From Bigelowiella natans CCMP2755 (Eukaryota > Protista > Cercozoa): 64,000 bases of DNA. Under the pieces are notes generated by a model. That model did no database searches, had not been told where the DNA came from, and worked only from the letters and a program-made list of their open reading frames with translations. The translations under genes were made by a program, and so were the position numbers. Location of the stretch: NCBI GenBank assembly GCA_000320545.1, contig ADNK01000977.1, positions 18,051-82,050 of the forward strand. The letters run 5' to 3'. Each line of letters begins with the position of its first letter. The first letter of the stretch is position 1. Shown here piece by piece: positions 1-13,753 of the stretch.

Positions 1-1465
1 ATTCAGTACGACCGTGGAGCGGCGGCGCTGGCAACAACGCTAACAAGAACAAAGACAAAGATAGTAGAGCGAATGCTGCTGCTACTACTACTTCTACTGC
101 TAATAATAATAGCAGCAGTATTAGTGGCCTCCCCTCGTATGATTCTTCCGACCAAGAAACTACCAATGCTGCTGCAACCGGCTCAATAGCAATGCGGAGC
201 AGCAGCAGTAGCAGCCCCTCATCAGGAGCTGGGCGCTTGTTCATAAAGCCTAGCCCTCCGATGCGACTGAGTGCCTCTGCGGAAGGAGGGGGGGCGGGGG
301 GGGCTAGCACCGCTATTACGACTGCCTCCCACATGGACAAATATGGGGGGAAAGGAGTGAGTAAAAAGTCGCATCATCGATCAAAATCGTCCCTGGCTGA
401 TAGGACGAAGCCGCCGGCGGAGCGCTCCGAGGTGGTCCGAGAGCGGGCGCGTATATGGTCGTTTCTCAACCTACTCTGCCGCGATCCCCATCCCGTCGTA
501 GCTGATGCAGCCCGCTCTGTGGTGAGGTTTATGGTGACGCTCGCCATCCCGGGATCGGCTCTGAGGAGAATCTCCAGCGTGCCTGTGCGGCTAGGGAGGC
601 GGACGGGGGGCATGCCCTCCTCGCAGCGGGGTGCTCGTCTGCCAACCGTCCAGAGTCAGGAAAACCTGCTGATGCAGCAGCAGCAGCAGCAGCAGCAGCA
701 TCAGCATCCTAGATCGGAAGGGGTTGGGGGGGGAGGCCCTGGCGCAAATGGCGGCGGTCTTAGAGTCGGGCTCTCGACCTCAACTTCCTCTTTGCAGCAC
801 CTCCTCTCGACGGCAGAGATATTTGATGATGAGCGCAAGGGAGACCCGGGCTGGGCCGTCCCCGAGTCGGACGTGTACTTGAGAGGGTGCGCGCATTTCT
901 CGCACAGGCTCATGCAGGAGGACAACGTGGAGGACGCGGACGGGGCAATCGACCAGCAATGGCGGGCAAGGAGGAATCTGGCCAGGCTAAAGAAGGCCCA
1001 ACAGGCATGGGCAAGGAACCTGGGAGGGGCGACCGACGGTCTCTCCACACAGTTTGGATCCTACTTCCAAAAGAAGAACGGTGGTGGTAGTAATCATAAG
1101 TCTGATGGAGCAGCACAGCACCATGATGCTACTACCAGCTGGGATCGGAAATCCCCTCCCCCTCCTTCCGGAACCAGCCCTCCGCGGCCTCGAAGGTGGG
1201 AGTGGGGTTGGGGGGGGGGGGGGGGGGGAGTAGTAGTAGCAGCAGCAGGGAAGTCGTTAGGAAGCAATAGCCTGCAATAATAGCAACAACGTTTGGAAGA
1301 AGAATCTCATTCTGTGATGCTTCATCGGCGCTTGAGCATTGCAGGACGATGATTCTCCTAGTATCGATTTCTAGATATAATCACCTCCTCGGGGTACATC
1401 ATTTGCGGGCTTTTCCCCCTGCGTTATTATCTCTAGTTCATTAGTCGTCGCCACAGGAAACTGAT

Positions 1466-1502
<37 letters not shown>

Positions 1503-1524
1503 GTACTTGTACGTCTTGCTGTCG

Positions 1525-1557
<33 letters not shown>

Positions 1558-3239
1558 CCCCCAGGACAACAAGTGAGGACCATAGCAGCACGTTTGGTGG
1601 ATGGTGGAGCAACGTATTATCCCGCCCTACATCTCCACGGAACAACCGCGGCGGAGGGCAGAAAGATCCATCAGGCTGGGAGGAGATTCCTCGAGAACCC
1701 CTTTCTCCATCGCGATCAGGGAGAGGGGGGAGGGCAGCATCAGCACCGGCGCCGGCGAAGAAGAACATGGTTTTTGACGAGAAATTCGTATTTAACGTCG
1801 GGCACGCTGCAGTAGCGAACATCAGCTTCCATCCATATGAGAGCCTCTTCGTTGCCTCAAATCATCACGATCAGATCTCCATCTGGGATGTGAGCAGTGT
1901 GAAGCAGCTCAATCACTTTTCCAACGGAAACCATGCCAGGTTGCGGCCACCATCATCATCATTATCACGATCATCATTATCATCATAATTATCATCATCA
2001 TCATCGTCATCATCATCATCATCCATCTTTCTCGCTATGAACATCATTACCAGCACGAGCTGCTGGTACTTCTCCATACCTATTAAATTGCTGCCCCTGC
2101 GACACGGGCAGTGGGCTGCTTTGTCGCAGATCATAACTTACGATCCTTGTTCCCCCAATGCCTTCAGAGTATTGTATTAATGATGACCCTCCCTTAGAAT
2201 AATAATAATAATCATCATCGTCATCATCATCATCATAATGATAATGAAAAATAAGATTGATCCTCCTGTACTACTCTCAGGGAGACGCGTGTGAGCGGAT
2301 TAACGTTTGTGAATGACCTCCACGTGTCGTTGTTGGTCACAGCTGCTGATGACGGGGCCGTGCGTGTGTGGAAGAACCCTCACGTCGAGGGCAAGGAAAC
2401 CTTAGGTGCAGGCATCGTCGCCAAGCGTTGTTAGCTGAGAGAAGAAGAAGAAGAAGAAGAAGAAGAAGAAGAAGAAAGGGAGGGGATTTTGTAGTCGTGA
2501 GGGATTTTAGTTATATTTGAGTAAATGCGTTTCACACAAACCGATGACTCATCATTGTTGTACTACTGCTTCCTTTCCGTGTACACTACTACTCACACAC
2601 GCGTCTCTATTTGATCATCTATCTCTCTAGTCTCTGCTTGGACGGCTGCTCCAGGAATGCGAAGAGGTGCGTGCTGCGATCATCTAGTTGGATGATGACC
2701 TAATGTCTCAAAGTTGGGAAAAAATGAGAGTTTTGACGTGATCATGCCGCAGAAGCGCTGTAACTTGTGCTTTTCGTGTCGTTATTTGCATATATCGCGC
2801 ACAGATAATAATCCCCCCCCCCCTCTCCCCCCACACACACCATATGTTCTCAACGTGAGACAGAGACGCAACCACCATTCACAGAAGGAGATAAGGCAGA
2901 ATGCACTTACGCATTGATTCAATAACAAAAGGTACCGGCCCCGTGTTCCACCCCCCTCGGAGCGAAAGCGACGTCCCCAGAAGCAGCAGCACAAGCAACA
3001 ACCATCCGAGGGGCGGCGGTGTCAATTTAGCGGCTGGTAGCGGTGGTGCGGGAGGGGGCAGCAGCTCGAGCGCGAACAGAAGAGGACAAATAGCATCAGC
3101 AACATCGTCATCCTCCTTATCGTCGTCATCGCTTCCATCGTCCTCGTCATCGTCGTCTTTTCCTTGGCCCGGCCTTGTGATGAATTGGAATCAGAACTGC
3201 GGACGCTTGGCAACTTCGGGTTTCTATTATTAATATTAA

Positions 3240-3270
<31 letters not shown>

Positions 3271-4007
3271 CATTACTATTATTATTGTCATCGCGACGTG
3301 CATCATATCGTAGTAGTGGAAAGACACTTAGCAATGAGATATATCAAAAGAGTAGCGGCTGCTGTAAATTCAAGATGTAGAAAGACATTGTATCTGCGTC
3401 TATCGCTCATGATCTTTTGAGGAGGCGTGTTGTCCACAGCTGTTCGCCCAATGAAACCACAGCGTTTGTTTTTCCAATACACCATCGTTTCTTTCATCTT
3501 GCGACAAGTATTTATTCTCTAATATTCGGTTGCACAGAACTTACCTCCTCCCCCCCTCCCCCCCTCCCGACCCCCACCACTTTCTTAGGAAACTGCGGTA
3601 CGATCAAACTATGGAACGTGAACTCCGAGCAACTTACCTCCGAAATAAATGTAAAAAATAGTACAGTATTTTAGGGCAAAAGAATTGGCCGCAGCTAGTT
3701 ATTAATAGCTTTGGATATGATTATAATAATGATAATAATAATACGCTGTACTGGATGTAGTGGGCCAAAAATACGCCCTTGGCAGTGACTTTCTCTACTC
3801 GTTTATGCATGGTTTTTATACAAGAAAGATGCCAGTCTAGATGTTTATTCGATTGAAATGCAATGTCTTTCCTCCTCAGATTGGACGTAGTGATGTTGTG
3901 ACATCGATGTACACGGATGACACCGGAGACTCGCTGATAGCTGCAGATATTCATGGGGTTGTGCGAATGTTCGACTTGCGCCAGGTGTGTGCATCATATG
4001 TGGGAGG

Positions 4008-4050
<43 letters not shown>

Positions 4051-4243
4051 ATGATGATACCTATCATGGTTCATCGTCCTCTTCTTCCTCCTCCTCCTCC
4101 TCCTCCTCCCCCTCCTCCCGCTGGTGGCCTTAATTGCATATTATTTTATTTATCATTATCGTCATTATTATTATTTTCCAACCATTCAGCGGCCAAAGAT
4201 GGGCGCTGTGTTGTACCAGCATGGCAGTCCCGTAGTAAAGGTG

Positions 4244-4287
<44 letters not shown>

Positions 4288-4505
4288 CGTGTGTGTAACA
4301 AAAAAAAGTGGGTTTCGATTGTTGGCCTACGACATGATGCAGAGACCGGTGCTTTTACCATTGATAATGCGTAAAGTCACTCTACCCGCAATTTCCTACA
4401 CGAATGTCGGGCGAGATGCGCGGAAGCGCACAACTCTGTCATTCAAAAATGATGGTTTTTCCAATCTCTCGCCCATAAGCTCTTCTTTCCATCATCTTAC
4501 AACGT

Positions 4506-4545
<40 letters not shown>

Positions 4546-4737
4546 TTGGTGTCTCAATAGGCGGCTATGCAGCGCACATCTGCACGCACCATCGTTTCTG
4601 CTAGTCATGGAGGGGAAGTCTTCGTGTGTGACCTGCGAGGTGACAAAATTTCACATCAATAATAATTCCTTGTAGAAGAAGAAAATCGATGGTGGTTTTG
4701 TTGCCGCGCGGCTGCATAATCTCCATCATCACCATAA

Positions 4738-4768
<31 letters not shown>

Positions 4769-5278
4769 GACGTCGCATGAGCGTCGTAGTAGCATTAGAC
4801 GATTGCGCGGCAACCAACGAACATCGAAGATTTTTGTCCTCCAACAAGGATCGAGAATCATCGTTAGACTTCTCGCCACCATCGCTTTTTGAAGCCATCC
4901 ATCCAATGCAATCCTTGATATCGCTTGCCGGCTTTCACACTGCACAGTTTCGTCGTCCACACAGCAGAAAAGATGCTTAGTTTTTTTTCCTGAAATCTTC
5001 GGTTCACCCCGCTTCTCCTTTCTCTTGCACACAGCTGGTCATCCTCGGCGTGGAACGGCCAATGGCAGCAGCAGTAGCAGTGGCAGTGGTGGTGCTAGTA
5101 ACCGGAAAAAGACGGGGCTAGTGCTGAAACTCAACGCACATGAAAAGTTTTCTCTCGACGCGTTCGCAGTGCATGAGTAAGAATGATGATGATGATGATG
5201 ATGATGATGACGATGATGATACGTGCTTGAGAGAACAAGAGCATCAATAAAAAAAAGGGGGGGGGGCATCTATGTGTT

Positions 5279-5344
<66 letters not shown>

Positions 5345-5988
5345 TGTGTGTTTGAGAGACTGGAGATGTGCGTGCTTGCATGTATTAGCGTTACGCTACT
5401 CAAAAGCAGCAGCAGTAACGCAGTGCAAAATTGAATTACTTGATGATAAGAATGGTCTATTGCTGCAGATATGCCCCTGTCGTTGCCACGGGATCGAAAA
5501 GTCAACACGTCACGATAGTTGATCTAAGAAATGGAGGTGCTGTGAAAAGAAGAAGAAGATGACGATGATGATGATGATGATGATGATGATGACGAAGCGT
5601 AGTGTCGGTTAGCAACATGGCATTCTGTCGTAAATCGCAAAACACCAATGATTGTTCCAAATGAGCATCGTGCCTTTCGCCGAGTTCTTCCATGGCCGTA
5701 GATCAAATATTATCATCATTCGCAGTTGACGTTTGACAATAACGCGGGCTGATTTGACTTGTTTGTTGTTGGATGAGTTGTTCGATTCCTCATCATCGTC
5801 ATCACCATCATCATCATCATTGGTCATCATCAGGTAAACGGATAAAGCATATTCGTTATCACGAGGGCTTCTTGGGACAGCGTCTAGGCCCTGTCACATG
5901 CCTCGATTTCCATCGCCATGAATTGCTACTCGCTGCGGGTTGTCGTGATGTGTTCGTCTCAACATATTCGGGGAAACTTGCAGACTAA
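1..5988 (+). CDS. RPTOR: Regulatory-associated protein of TOR (RAPTOR/KOG1), 3' part: last HEAT repeat, linker and WD40 propeller; multi-exon, 5'-truncated by the window
   Basis: Spliced peptides match RAPTOR hallmarks: 'IWSFLNLLCRDPHPVVADAARSVV', 'ESDVYLRGCAHFSHRLM', 'ISFHPYESLFVASNHHDQISIWD..LNHFSNGN', 'TRVSGLTFVNDLHVSLLVTAADDGAVRVWK' (exon from ~2281), 'GLVMNWNQNCGRLATSG', 'LDAFAVHEYAPVVATGS', and the diagnostic C-terminus 'IRYHEGFLGQRLGPVTCLDFHRHELLLAAGCRDVFVSTYS' with stop at 5986-5988. Exons are bounded by GT..AG. Confidence 0.93.
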
Positions 5989-7200
5989 TTTATGCGCAAT
6001 GATCATCATCATCTTCTTCTTCTTCTTCTTCTTCACCATCGTCAATCGTAATCGCCCCAGGAAGGAGAGAAAACAACAACCGAATCAAGTTTTTGTGTAT
6101 TTATTTCCGGCCGGAGTAATAGTTTCTCTAGCCCCCCCATCCCCCCCTTCCCCCTCCCCCACTATAATCCCGGATTACATCGCGTGTTTCCACAACCGTA
6201 GCTCTAAAGCAGACCCGTTTTCATCATGCATTGAGTTTGTACATGTGGCACAAGATACGGCGGTGCAACGTTGCGATTAGCTTCGCATCGATTAATTTGC
6301 CTCTAATACAACTTCATCATAGCGCAGGAAGGCTATGCACCGCCCTTATTACCTATGCAGCGTATCGTACCTAGCTTGATTGGTGGCTTTGTGTAGCAGC
6401 ACAAACCATGCAGCGCTCACGCTAATGCTGCGAATACATACCTAGAGACTATATGCGGTACGTCACGTACGATGCTGTGCATATGTCTGTGCGAAATCAT
6501 AATATTGTATGACGACGAACCGACAATAATAAAGCGCGCGGCGCTAGAGCGCTTATAGCGCAATTTTGCATCGGCGACGCAGTAGCGCATCTATATATAG
6601 GCATGTATGGCTAGATCTAGAGATCTAGAGATGTCTACATGTTAGCATATAAGGCCGGCAGCCATGATGAGCACGCCTCCATGCAAGAGCCTAAATGTGC
6701 ATGTGTTATGCATGGAGTCTACACATGTTATATGTTATATGCACATTATAGGGTTCTAAGGCCTTCATTGCGCACAAGCAATCAAGCGGATCGGAGGCGC
6801 ATCATACGATATATATCTAGGTATGCGCCTATCTAGCTATCTGCTCTGCAATGCTGCTGCTGTGTAGCATGGATGGAGCTCAGGCGCGCCTTTACATATT
6901 ATCACATATTCATCAAATAACATGCTAGCATGTGCCACGTACACCTTGCTAGCTTGACACATCCGTCGGATCGGATCAAACTATATGATTATTCAATTCC
7001 CAAAATAGTATGGCTGCACGCATTGTGCGTGCTAGTATACTAGGCTGGCAGTCTCTCGCGTGCCTCCATGGCACAGCATAGCGCATGTGTTACAACTATA
7101 AAAAATCGTGGTAGAAAACCATGGCGTTCTACGGTTGACATCGACACCCATGCATCTAAATTGTGGTGGTGTTAACGTGCTGCCGCTCACTAGTTTTTCA

Positions 7201-8083
7201 TCAAGAGGCGTTCCGCTGCAGCAACGTTTGCGACACAACTCCTATGCGCAATTCCATGGCTGTTATTTCTTTGCGCAATTGGCCAAGTGAGGACGAGATA
7301 CGATTCAATGGCGATGTATCTGTAATTCGATCATTGCGTTCCGTCATTTGCCTCTTGACCTACCAGTTCATTTTAGCAGTATTTGGTCGAGACATAAATC
7401 AATAAACCAACAAATATGAAAGCAAGTAGCTTATGTATTCCACGCATGGGCATCATGTTCCTAAAATAAGACAACGAAGAGGCTGAATAGTACAGTCGCA
7501 GCTATCTCTCCACCCAAAACTAATACACACTTAATAGAATACTGCAAACGGACCTGATCAACAGCCTCACTTTTTTTGGTCAATTCCCCAGTGAGCTCTG
7601 CGACACTCTGTGAGAGCTCGTTGTAGCGCCCTTGTATCTCGTTGAAATTCTTGTCCTTCTCTCGGAAATCTATGCCTGCGACATTTCAGTAGCCACGTAT
7701 CAGTCAGATAAAGAAACAGAAGTAAACCAAGGGGGTGCAAGGAGGCATTTGTGAAGCGCAACAAGGAGAGGAAAGAAAAATGAGAAGGAATCAGTTGGCG
7801 CTGCCTCGGACCTAGGTGCTCAAAATCCTTGTTGATGTGGTTTTCTTTGGCCGATATGCGGTCCACAGCCTCCTGAAGCTTCTGCCCGACGTTGATCAAG
7901 ATCGAGCGCACGTTCTTAAAGCGCTCTTTCACGAGAGTTCTATGGATGATTTGTCGGCATTTCGAGAGAGCAAACCGCGCATAGCATAAGAAACAAAGAA
8001 ACGGGTACGAAAAAACGCGGGGGGGGGGGGGGGCTAGCACGAGGGGAGATAGGGCAGGTGCTATGAGATATATGTCGCAAAGG

Positions 8084-8124
<41 letters not shown>

Positions 8125-8561
8125 AGAGAGAGAGAGAGAGAGAAACATCGAAAATTGCGTATCATCCTCTTGTTGTTTCTTACTCATGCTTAGCTGACTG
8201 GTCAAGGTGCGAACGCCATTCATGAGAAGGAAGGTTCTTGTTCTTCCACCGAAGCATTGGCCCCACGCGCTCAAGCTCCAAAGCCCACTGTGTGTGATAG
8301 CATCGTTTAATATTCATACGTGCGAGCATGGAAATGTAGATGTAGGACATTGCATGTATTTACTTCATGGTTCCGAATCTACATTACTTGTGAAATGGTT
8401 ATTTAAGTCAACACTCCCCCCCCCCCCCCTCTCTTTCTCTCGCCTCCATCTGTGTCTCACACACTCATTTCACACTTTTCCAGTGCTTTCTACAATCTCT
8501 CGTCACCATTACCTTTGCTGGATCAACGTTAGATTTGACAACACCTGAAATGTGATGATGC

Positions 8562-8605
<44 letters not shown>

Positions 8606-8621
8606 CAGGAAATAGAGAGAG

Positions 8622-8663
<42 letters not shown>

Positions 8664-9176
8664 GGGTGATCAGCATAATCTGCTGCAGAACGAATTCGTA
8701 TGACGATCTCATTTCACTAACTGCATTTGTTGTATCGAGCAATGATCAAAACCATGCACAGCATCATCATCATCATCCTAGTAGTCAGTACCTTGGATCA
8801 CCCTCTGTTCATTCTGTCTATCCTTCAGGTCTAGGTCAATGGCACTGATATCGACGACATATGCAGCATTACGTTGCATGATGACGGTGATAACCAGGCG
8901 TTAAAAATTATAGACAGCACTAAGAGTTTCTTTCTTTATTATTTGAGCTATATGGAGAGCCGAGTGAAGATCGGTTTGTTAGCCAAAGTGGGTGAATATT
9001 ATGAAGGAATATAATGATATATAAATACCTATATGGGGACACATTTTCCACATCCTCTGTCACCTGGATGGTGGTGATGGTGATGAGTAAAGAAGAATGC
9101 AGCAGGAATTAATAGTATGAAAGAAAGCGCAAAACAAATAAAGTTAATGCATAATACAAGCGCGTAACACGTACAC

Positions 9177-9231
<55 letters not shown>

Positions 9232-10422
9232 ATATATTATACAATATACGGTGCATCGGTGTCCTCCGTCTCACTATTCATTCTCACCGTATCATCAATT
9301 TCATCGCCGATCTCCGCTTCTTCGTCCACCTATGTTCAGAGATGTCATTTAACATACCAGTAGAGCATAGATGCATATTGAAAGTAGATGTAATTATCCC
9401 CCCAATGATCTCCATGAGCATATTTTCATCATCATCATCATCATCATCATCAATCATCACATATTCTAATGTGGATCATAAAAGACAGACCTGTGCTTCT
9501 TCAACGATATCAGCCATCGTGTAAACGGGCGGTTGCACAGCAAATCCCATCTTTATTTTGTTGCGACAAATTCAAATTCAAACAAAAGGTTTGTTTGGAT
9601 GTGGATTGAGCGTTCTGCTGTGCTATGCTTGCGACATGCATGGCGTTTCTGATCTTCCAACTACCTTCTTCAGTGCGCAATCAGCAAGGAAGTTGAGCAC
9701 CATACAAACAGCATCGCCCTATTGGAGAATATGAAGGTGTATGTGAGAGATGGATTTGATGGATGAGATCGAAATGTGTAAGTTTTGGCATGATATCCGA
9801 ACCGATCCGTGGCGCAGTTTCGAGACAGGAAATTCTCCCCGGAATCCAAGCCTTTTGCACTCGGACATCACCGTTTGCGAAATCGAGTTTGGGTCTTCAT
9901 CAAAGTCTGCCCATTTGACGAAGTCTATTCCCTGCGAGATTACGGAGGAGAGGAGTTCAGTAGAAAGCTTAGTGCTTTTGTGGTTGAGAAGAAACCAAAA
10001 CAGTTCTAAGAACTTCCCATTTCACCAAATCTATTAATCAACCCCCCCTAATTGACAATAGCACCGATGTTGTGAGCAGCCATCCAGAGAGAGCTGCGAA
10101 GTAAGGGAATTGGTCCGAAGGCTTATCCGGCACAGAGAAGAAGCACCGGTGGAGAGGCTTGAAATCACGCCTCGGCGCCAAAAACTTTGTCTCATAGTCT
10201 AGGATCTAAGTTGGTAATGAGTGCCTCAGAACATCATTAGACCTTAGGCGATGATGTTTAGTTACCTTAAGCTTCTCAAGAACGTCCTCCATCAGTGCAT
10301 ATACGTTAGCCTCGCCACCATCAATGATCCTTGCCAAACACCATAGAAATAAAACCGAGTTCGCAGAAGGGATATTAATTTCCCAAATAGGATGAATTGA
10401 ACCTTCGTTTGTTGGGCTCCAT
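7201..10422 (-). CDS. IFT57: Intraflagellar transport protein 57 (IFT-B), multi-exon
   Basis: Manual splicing gives MEPNKRRIIDGGEANVYALMEDVLEKLK|ILDYETKFLAPRRDFKPLHRCFFSVPDKPSDQFPYFAALSGWLL..DEDPNSISQTVMSECKRLGF..SKLRHGS|GDAVCMVLNFLADCALK, later 'AVDRISAKENHINKDFEHL' and C-terminal 'MTERNDRITDTSPLNRISSSLGQLRKEITAMELRIGVVSQTLLQ' with stop at 7201-7203. These are characteristic IFT57/HIPPI motifs. The ATG at 10420-10422 follows an AG acceptor (probable 5'UTR intron). Confidence 0.93.
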
Positions 10423-10531
10423 CCTGAGAAGGTGGGGAAGGGGGGGCGGGGGGAGCTGCTGTTTCTCCTTCCTGTCGGTTTTGGTTTTGATCAAAGGAGC
10501 GGTTGCCGGGCGATCATCGAGACTTTTCCGA

Positions 10532-10581
<50 letters not shown>

Positions 10582-11039
10582 CTCTCCAACATAAACCTGC
10601 CGTTATCCCCGCAGCAGATTCAGAAAGTATCCAGAGAACTTAGGTTATTTCACCTTAGAATTTGGTATCGATAATGTGCTACGAAACCCAGGCCATTTTT
10701 CGTGAAATGGAGTGAGGAAGGCGGTTGAAGCTTGCAGAACAGAATCGCCCCTGCGGAGGCCCCATTCTTCCAATCACGTGCTCTCTATGAGGCAACACCC
10801 ATTTCACCTGTGATAAGAAGGTGTGAGCCCCATATTAATATCACCTCACCCCCAGTTTCCGTAATTGAGAAACGACAGCGAACCCGCTTTGGTTGCAAAG
10901 TCGGGGCCTCGCGAAAGTGACGAATCTCTCAACTCGCCTCAAATTTTGAGACTCATTAGCCTTAAAACCACTCTAAATTATGTACTTTTTGCTTATCTTC
11001 AGGCCAAAATTTCCTAAGTTCAGTCACACAACCGTGTCA
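10423..11039. promoter_or_regulatory. Short divergent (head-to-head) region between IFT57 and the aftiphilin-like gene
   Basis: ~600 bp separate the two oppositely oriented ATGs; CCAATCACGTG lies at 10770-10780. Function is inferred from position only. Confidence 0.5.
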
Positions 11040-13717
11040 ATGGCTGACGAGGACGACTGGGGAAGCTTCGACGATTTCGGGCCGGCACCAGCTCCCGACA
11101 ATGCAAATGCAAATACAAATGCGAATACAGACGGGGAGGGAAATGGATGGAGCGGAGGAGATGATTGGGGATCATTCGAAGGTGGAGATGCTGATGGTAC
11201 AGCAACAAATGAACAGCAACACCAGGAAGCATCTGTCACGACCACGAAAGCAGCAGCAGATACGACATCCTTAGAGGGCAAACAGATACAACAAGTTGGC
11301 GACGGTGGTGGTGGTGGTGATGGCGGGGACGACTGGGACTCCTTCGGTGATGATGCAGCTGGAGGATCAAAACTTCAACCTGAAGATACATCGACGGATA
11401 TCGCAAATCCAGGAAAGGGGAATGTTGAAGGTGGTGAGAACGGCGGTGATGACTGGGGTTCTTTCGAGGATGAAGTTATAGAGAAAACACCAGAGGCAGA
11501 CGACTCTGCAGCAGCGGCTACAATAGTACCAAAGGACAAGCCAGTTGAGCAAAAGCAGGACCAACAAGTTCCTCACTCATTGAGCGAGGACAACGGTGAC
11601 AAGCATGGAGGTGATGACTGGGGTTCTTTCGAGGATGAAGTTCCAGAGAAAGCAACAGTCGACTCCGCAGCAGCGGCTACAATAGTACCAGAGGCAGACA
11701 AACCAGTTGATAACGGTGACAATCATGGAGACGATGACTGGGGCTCTTTTGGGGATGAAGGGGGTGTAGAGGGTGGAAGCAGCGGTGCAAACGAAGAAGA
11801 CGATACCAAGCAATCCCCCGACAAAGGTGAACAAACACTCTCAGACAACAATCCGGCAGCAGCAGCTTTGAGCAAGGACAGGAAGAGTAGTGAGGAGGCT
11901 AGAAATGATGAATGGAATAATAACTTTGGAGATGAGGAAGATGGAGCCGTTGCGGGCCATAATGAGGAAGGGAAAGACAAAGACGAGCGGTCTTTCGACG
12001 AACAGCCGTCATCAGCATCACCGTACAATGATGGATCAATCACTCTTGAGGAGGACAACGAGGATAATGGTATTGTGGGTAGTAGTAGTACCACTACCGC
12101 CATCACCCAGCAGACAGCATCTGAAACGGATTATCACCCCGGAGAAGGCAAAGAAGAAAAAGAAGCTGGGAAGGCAGAGGTGATGACACCATACGAGCGC
12201 TCTGCGAAACACACCACCACCGCTACACTATGATAGTCCAAATGATATCTTGTCGATATCATCGGCATCATCACCGTTATTCATTCATTATTGATTCATT
12301 TCTCAGGGCGACGTTTTGGAGTTTACGTCAAGCTCGGGGCAACACGATGATATCAGTAACAGCCTAGAAACAGTGCCGCCACTGGAGGCGGGCTCCGAGG
12401 AAGCAGTGGAGGGAGGAATAGCGGGTGGGGAGGGAGGAGCTGCGGAGACAAAGTTGCAGGAAGGAGGGAGGAAAGTAGCCCCTAACCCTAGTACCAATGT
12501 GCACGTTCACGATGAAGGACTTCACCCAGAAGAAGATATTGCTCTATCTGAGAGTAGTGCTTCTGACAAAGACGAAGAGATGAAAAGTGGAGAGGAAGAC
12601 GAAGTCGCTCCAGCTGTTACTGCTGTTGTTACTGCTGTTACTGCATCAGAAGGCAGTCCGGATTTAAAAAACAAAGAAGAAGACGAAGACGATCCTCTTG
12701 CTAGTGTTTTTGGAGGGGATGAGTGGGGAATGGGTGGGGGGGAGAAGCAGATGGAGGAATCGTCTGAGCAGCCGCCAAATGCAGAGGTGACACACAGTGA
12801 TGAGGTGGAAAAATCGGCTGAGGGTGAAGAAAAGAAGGCTGATGTGCAAGCGATGATGGGGGGGATAGTAGGCGGGGACGAAGGAAAAGACGCCGCTGAG
12901 GAGGTCAGTGAGACGGTGGCAGAGAGTGTTGAAGGTGGCGTTGGTAACGACGACGATGGATTTGTCCATATTAGTAGAGAGAATATTGACGATCCAGAAG
13001 TCGATGATGGCAATACGCCGAATGACAATATTGAGCAGCGGAAAGAGGAAGATGATAATGATTCCGGTGCCGAAGTGAAGGGTACTGACGAAGACCATCA
13101 CGTCCAAAATGATGCTGATCAAGAGCAGGCAGCTCCAGCAGCAGCAGCAGATATGACCAACATTGTGACAACAACGACAACAACAACTTCTACCACTACA
13201 ACTAATACGGCTGCGGCTGCTATTCCTACTACAAACGAGGGTCTTCTAGACGAAGGTGTTGGTGATAATACAACTAATCCTGATAAGAATGAGGAAGACA
13301 GAGGAAAGGTGGTGGTGGTGGTGGAGGAGGAGGAGGAGGAGGAGGAGGAGGAACTGTCTCAAATTGAGAAAGGAGAATGCAAAGACGATAGAATTCCAGA
13401 GCAATCAGCAGCTCCTCCTTCATCGTGGGAAGCGACGGCGCCTGTGGCGCAGGGGGGGACGAAAGCGAAAGATGAGCTCTCGCCTGCTATCGGTAAACAA
13501 GACGGTGATGGTAATGATGATGATGCAGCAGCAGTAGCAGTAGTCGTATCTTCGCAATCAACAGAGAACAAAAATGGAGGGAGAGAGGATGATGGCGGCA
13601 TCGTTCCCACCCCACAGGAAGAGCATGAAGGGAAAGTTATCAGCAGCAGTGCTGATGATGGTGGTGGCGACGAGTGGGGAGCTGCGTTCGGTGAAAGCAG
13701 CCTCCACGACGACAATT

Positions 13718-13753
<36 letters not shown>

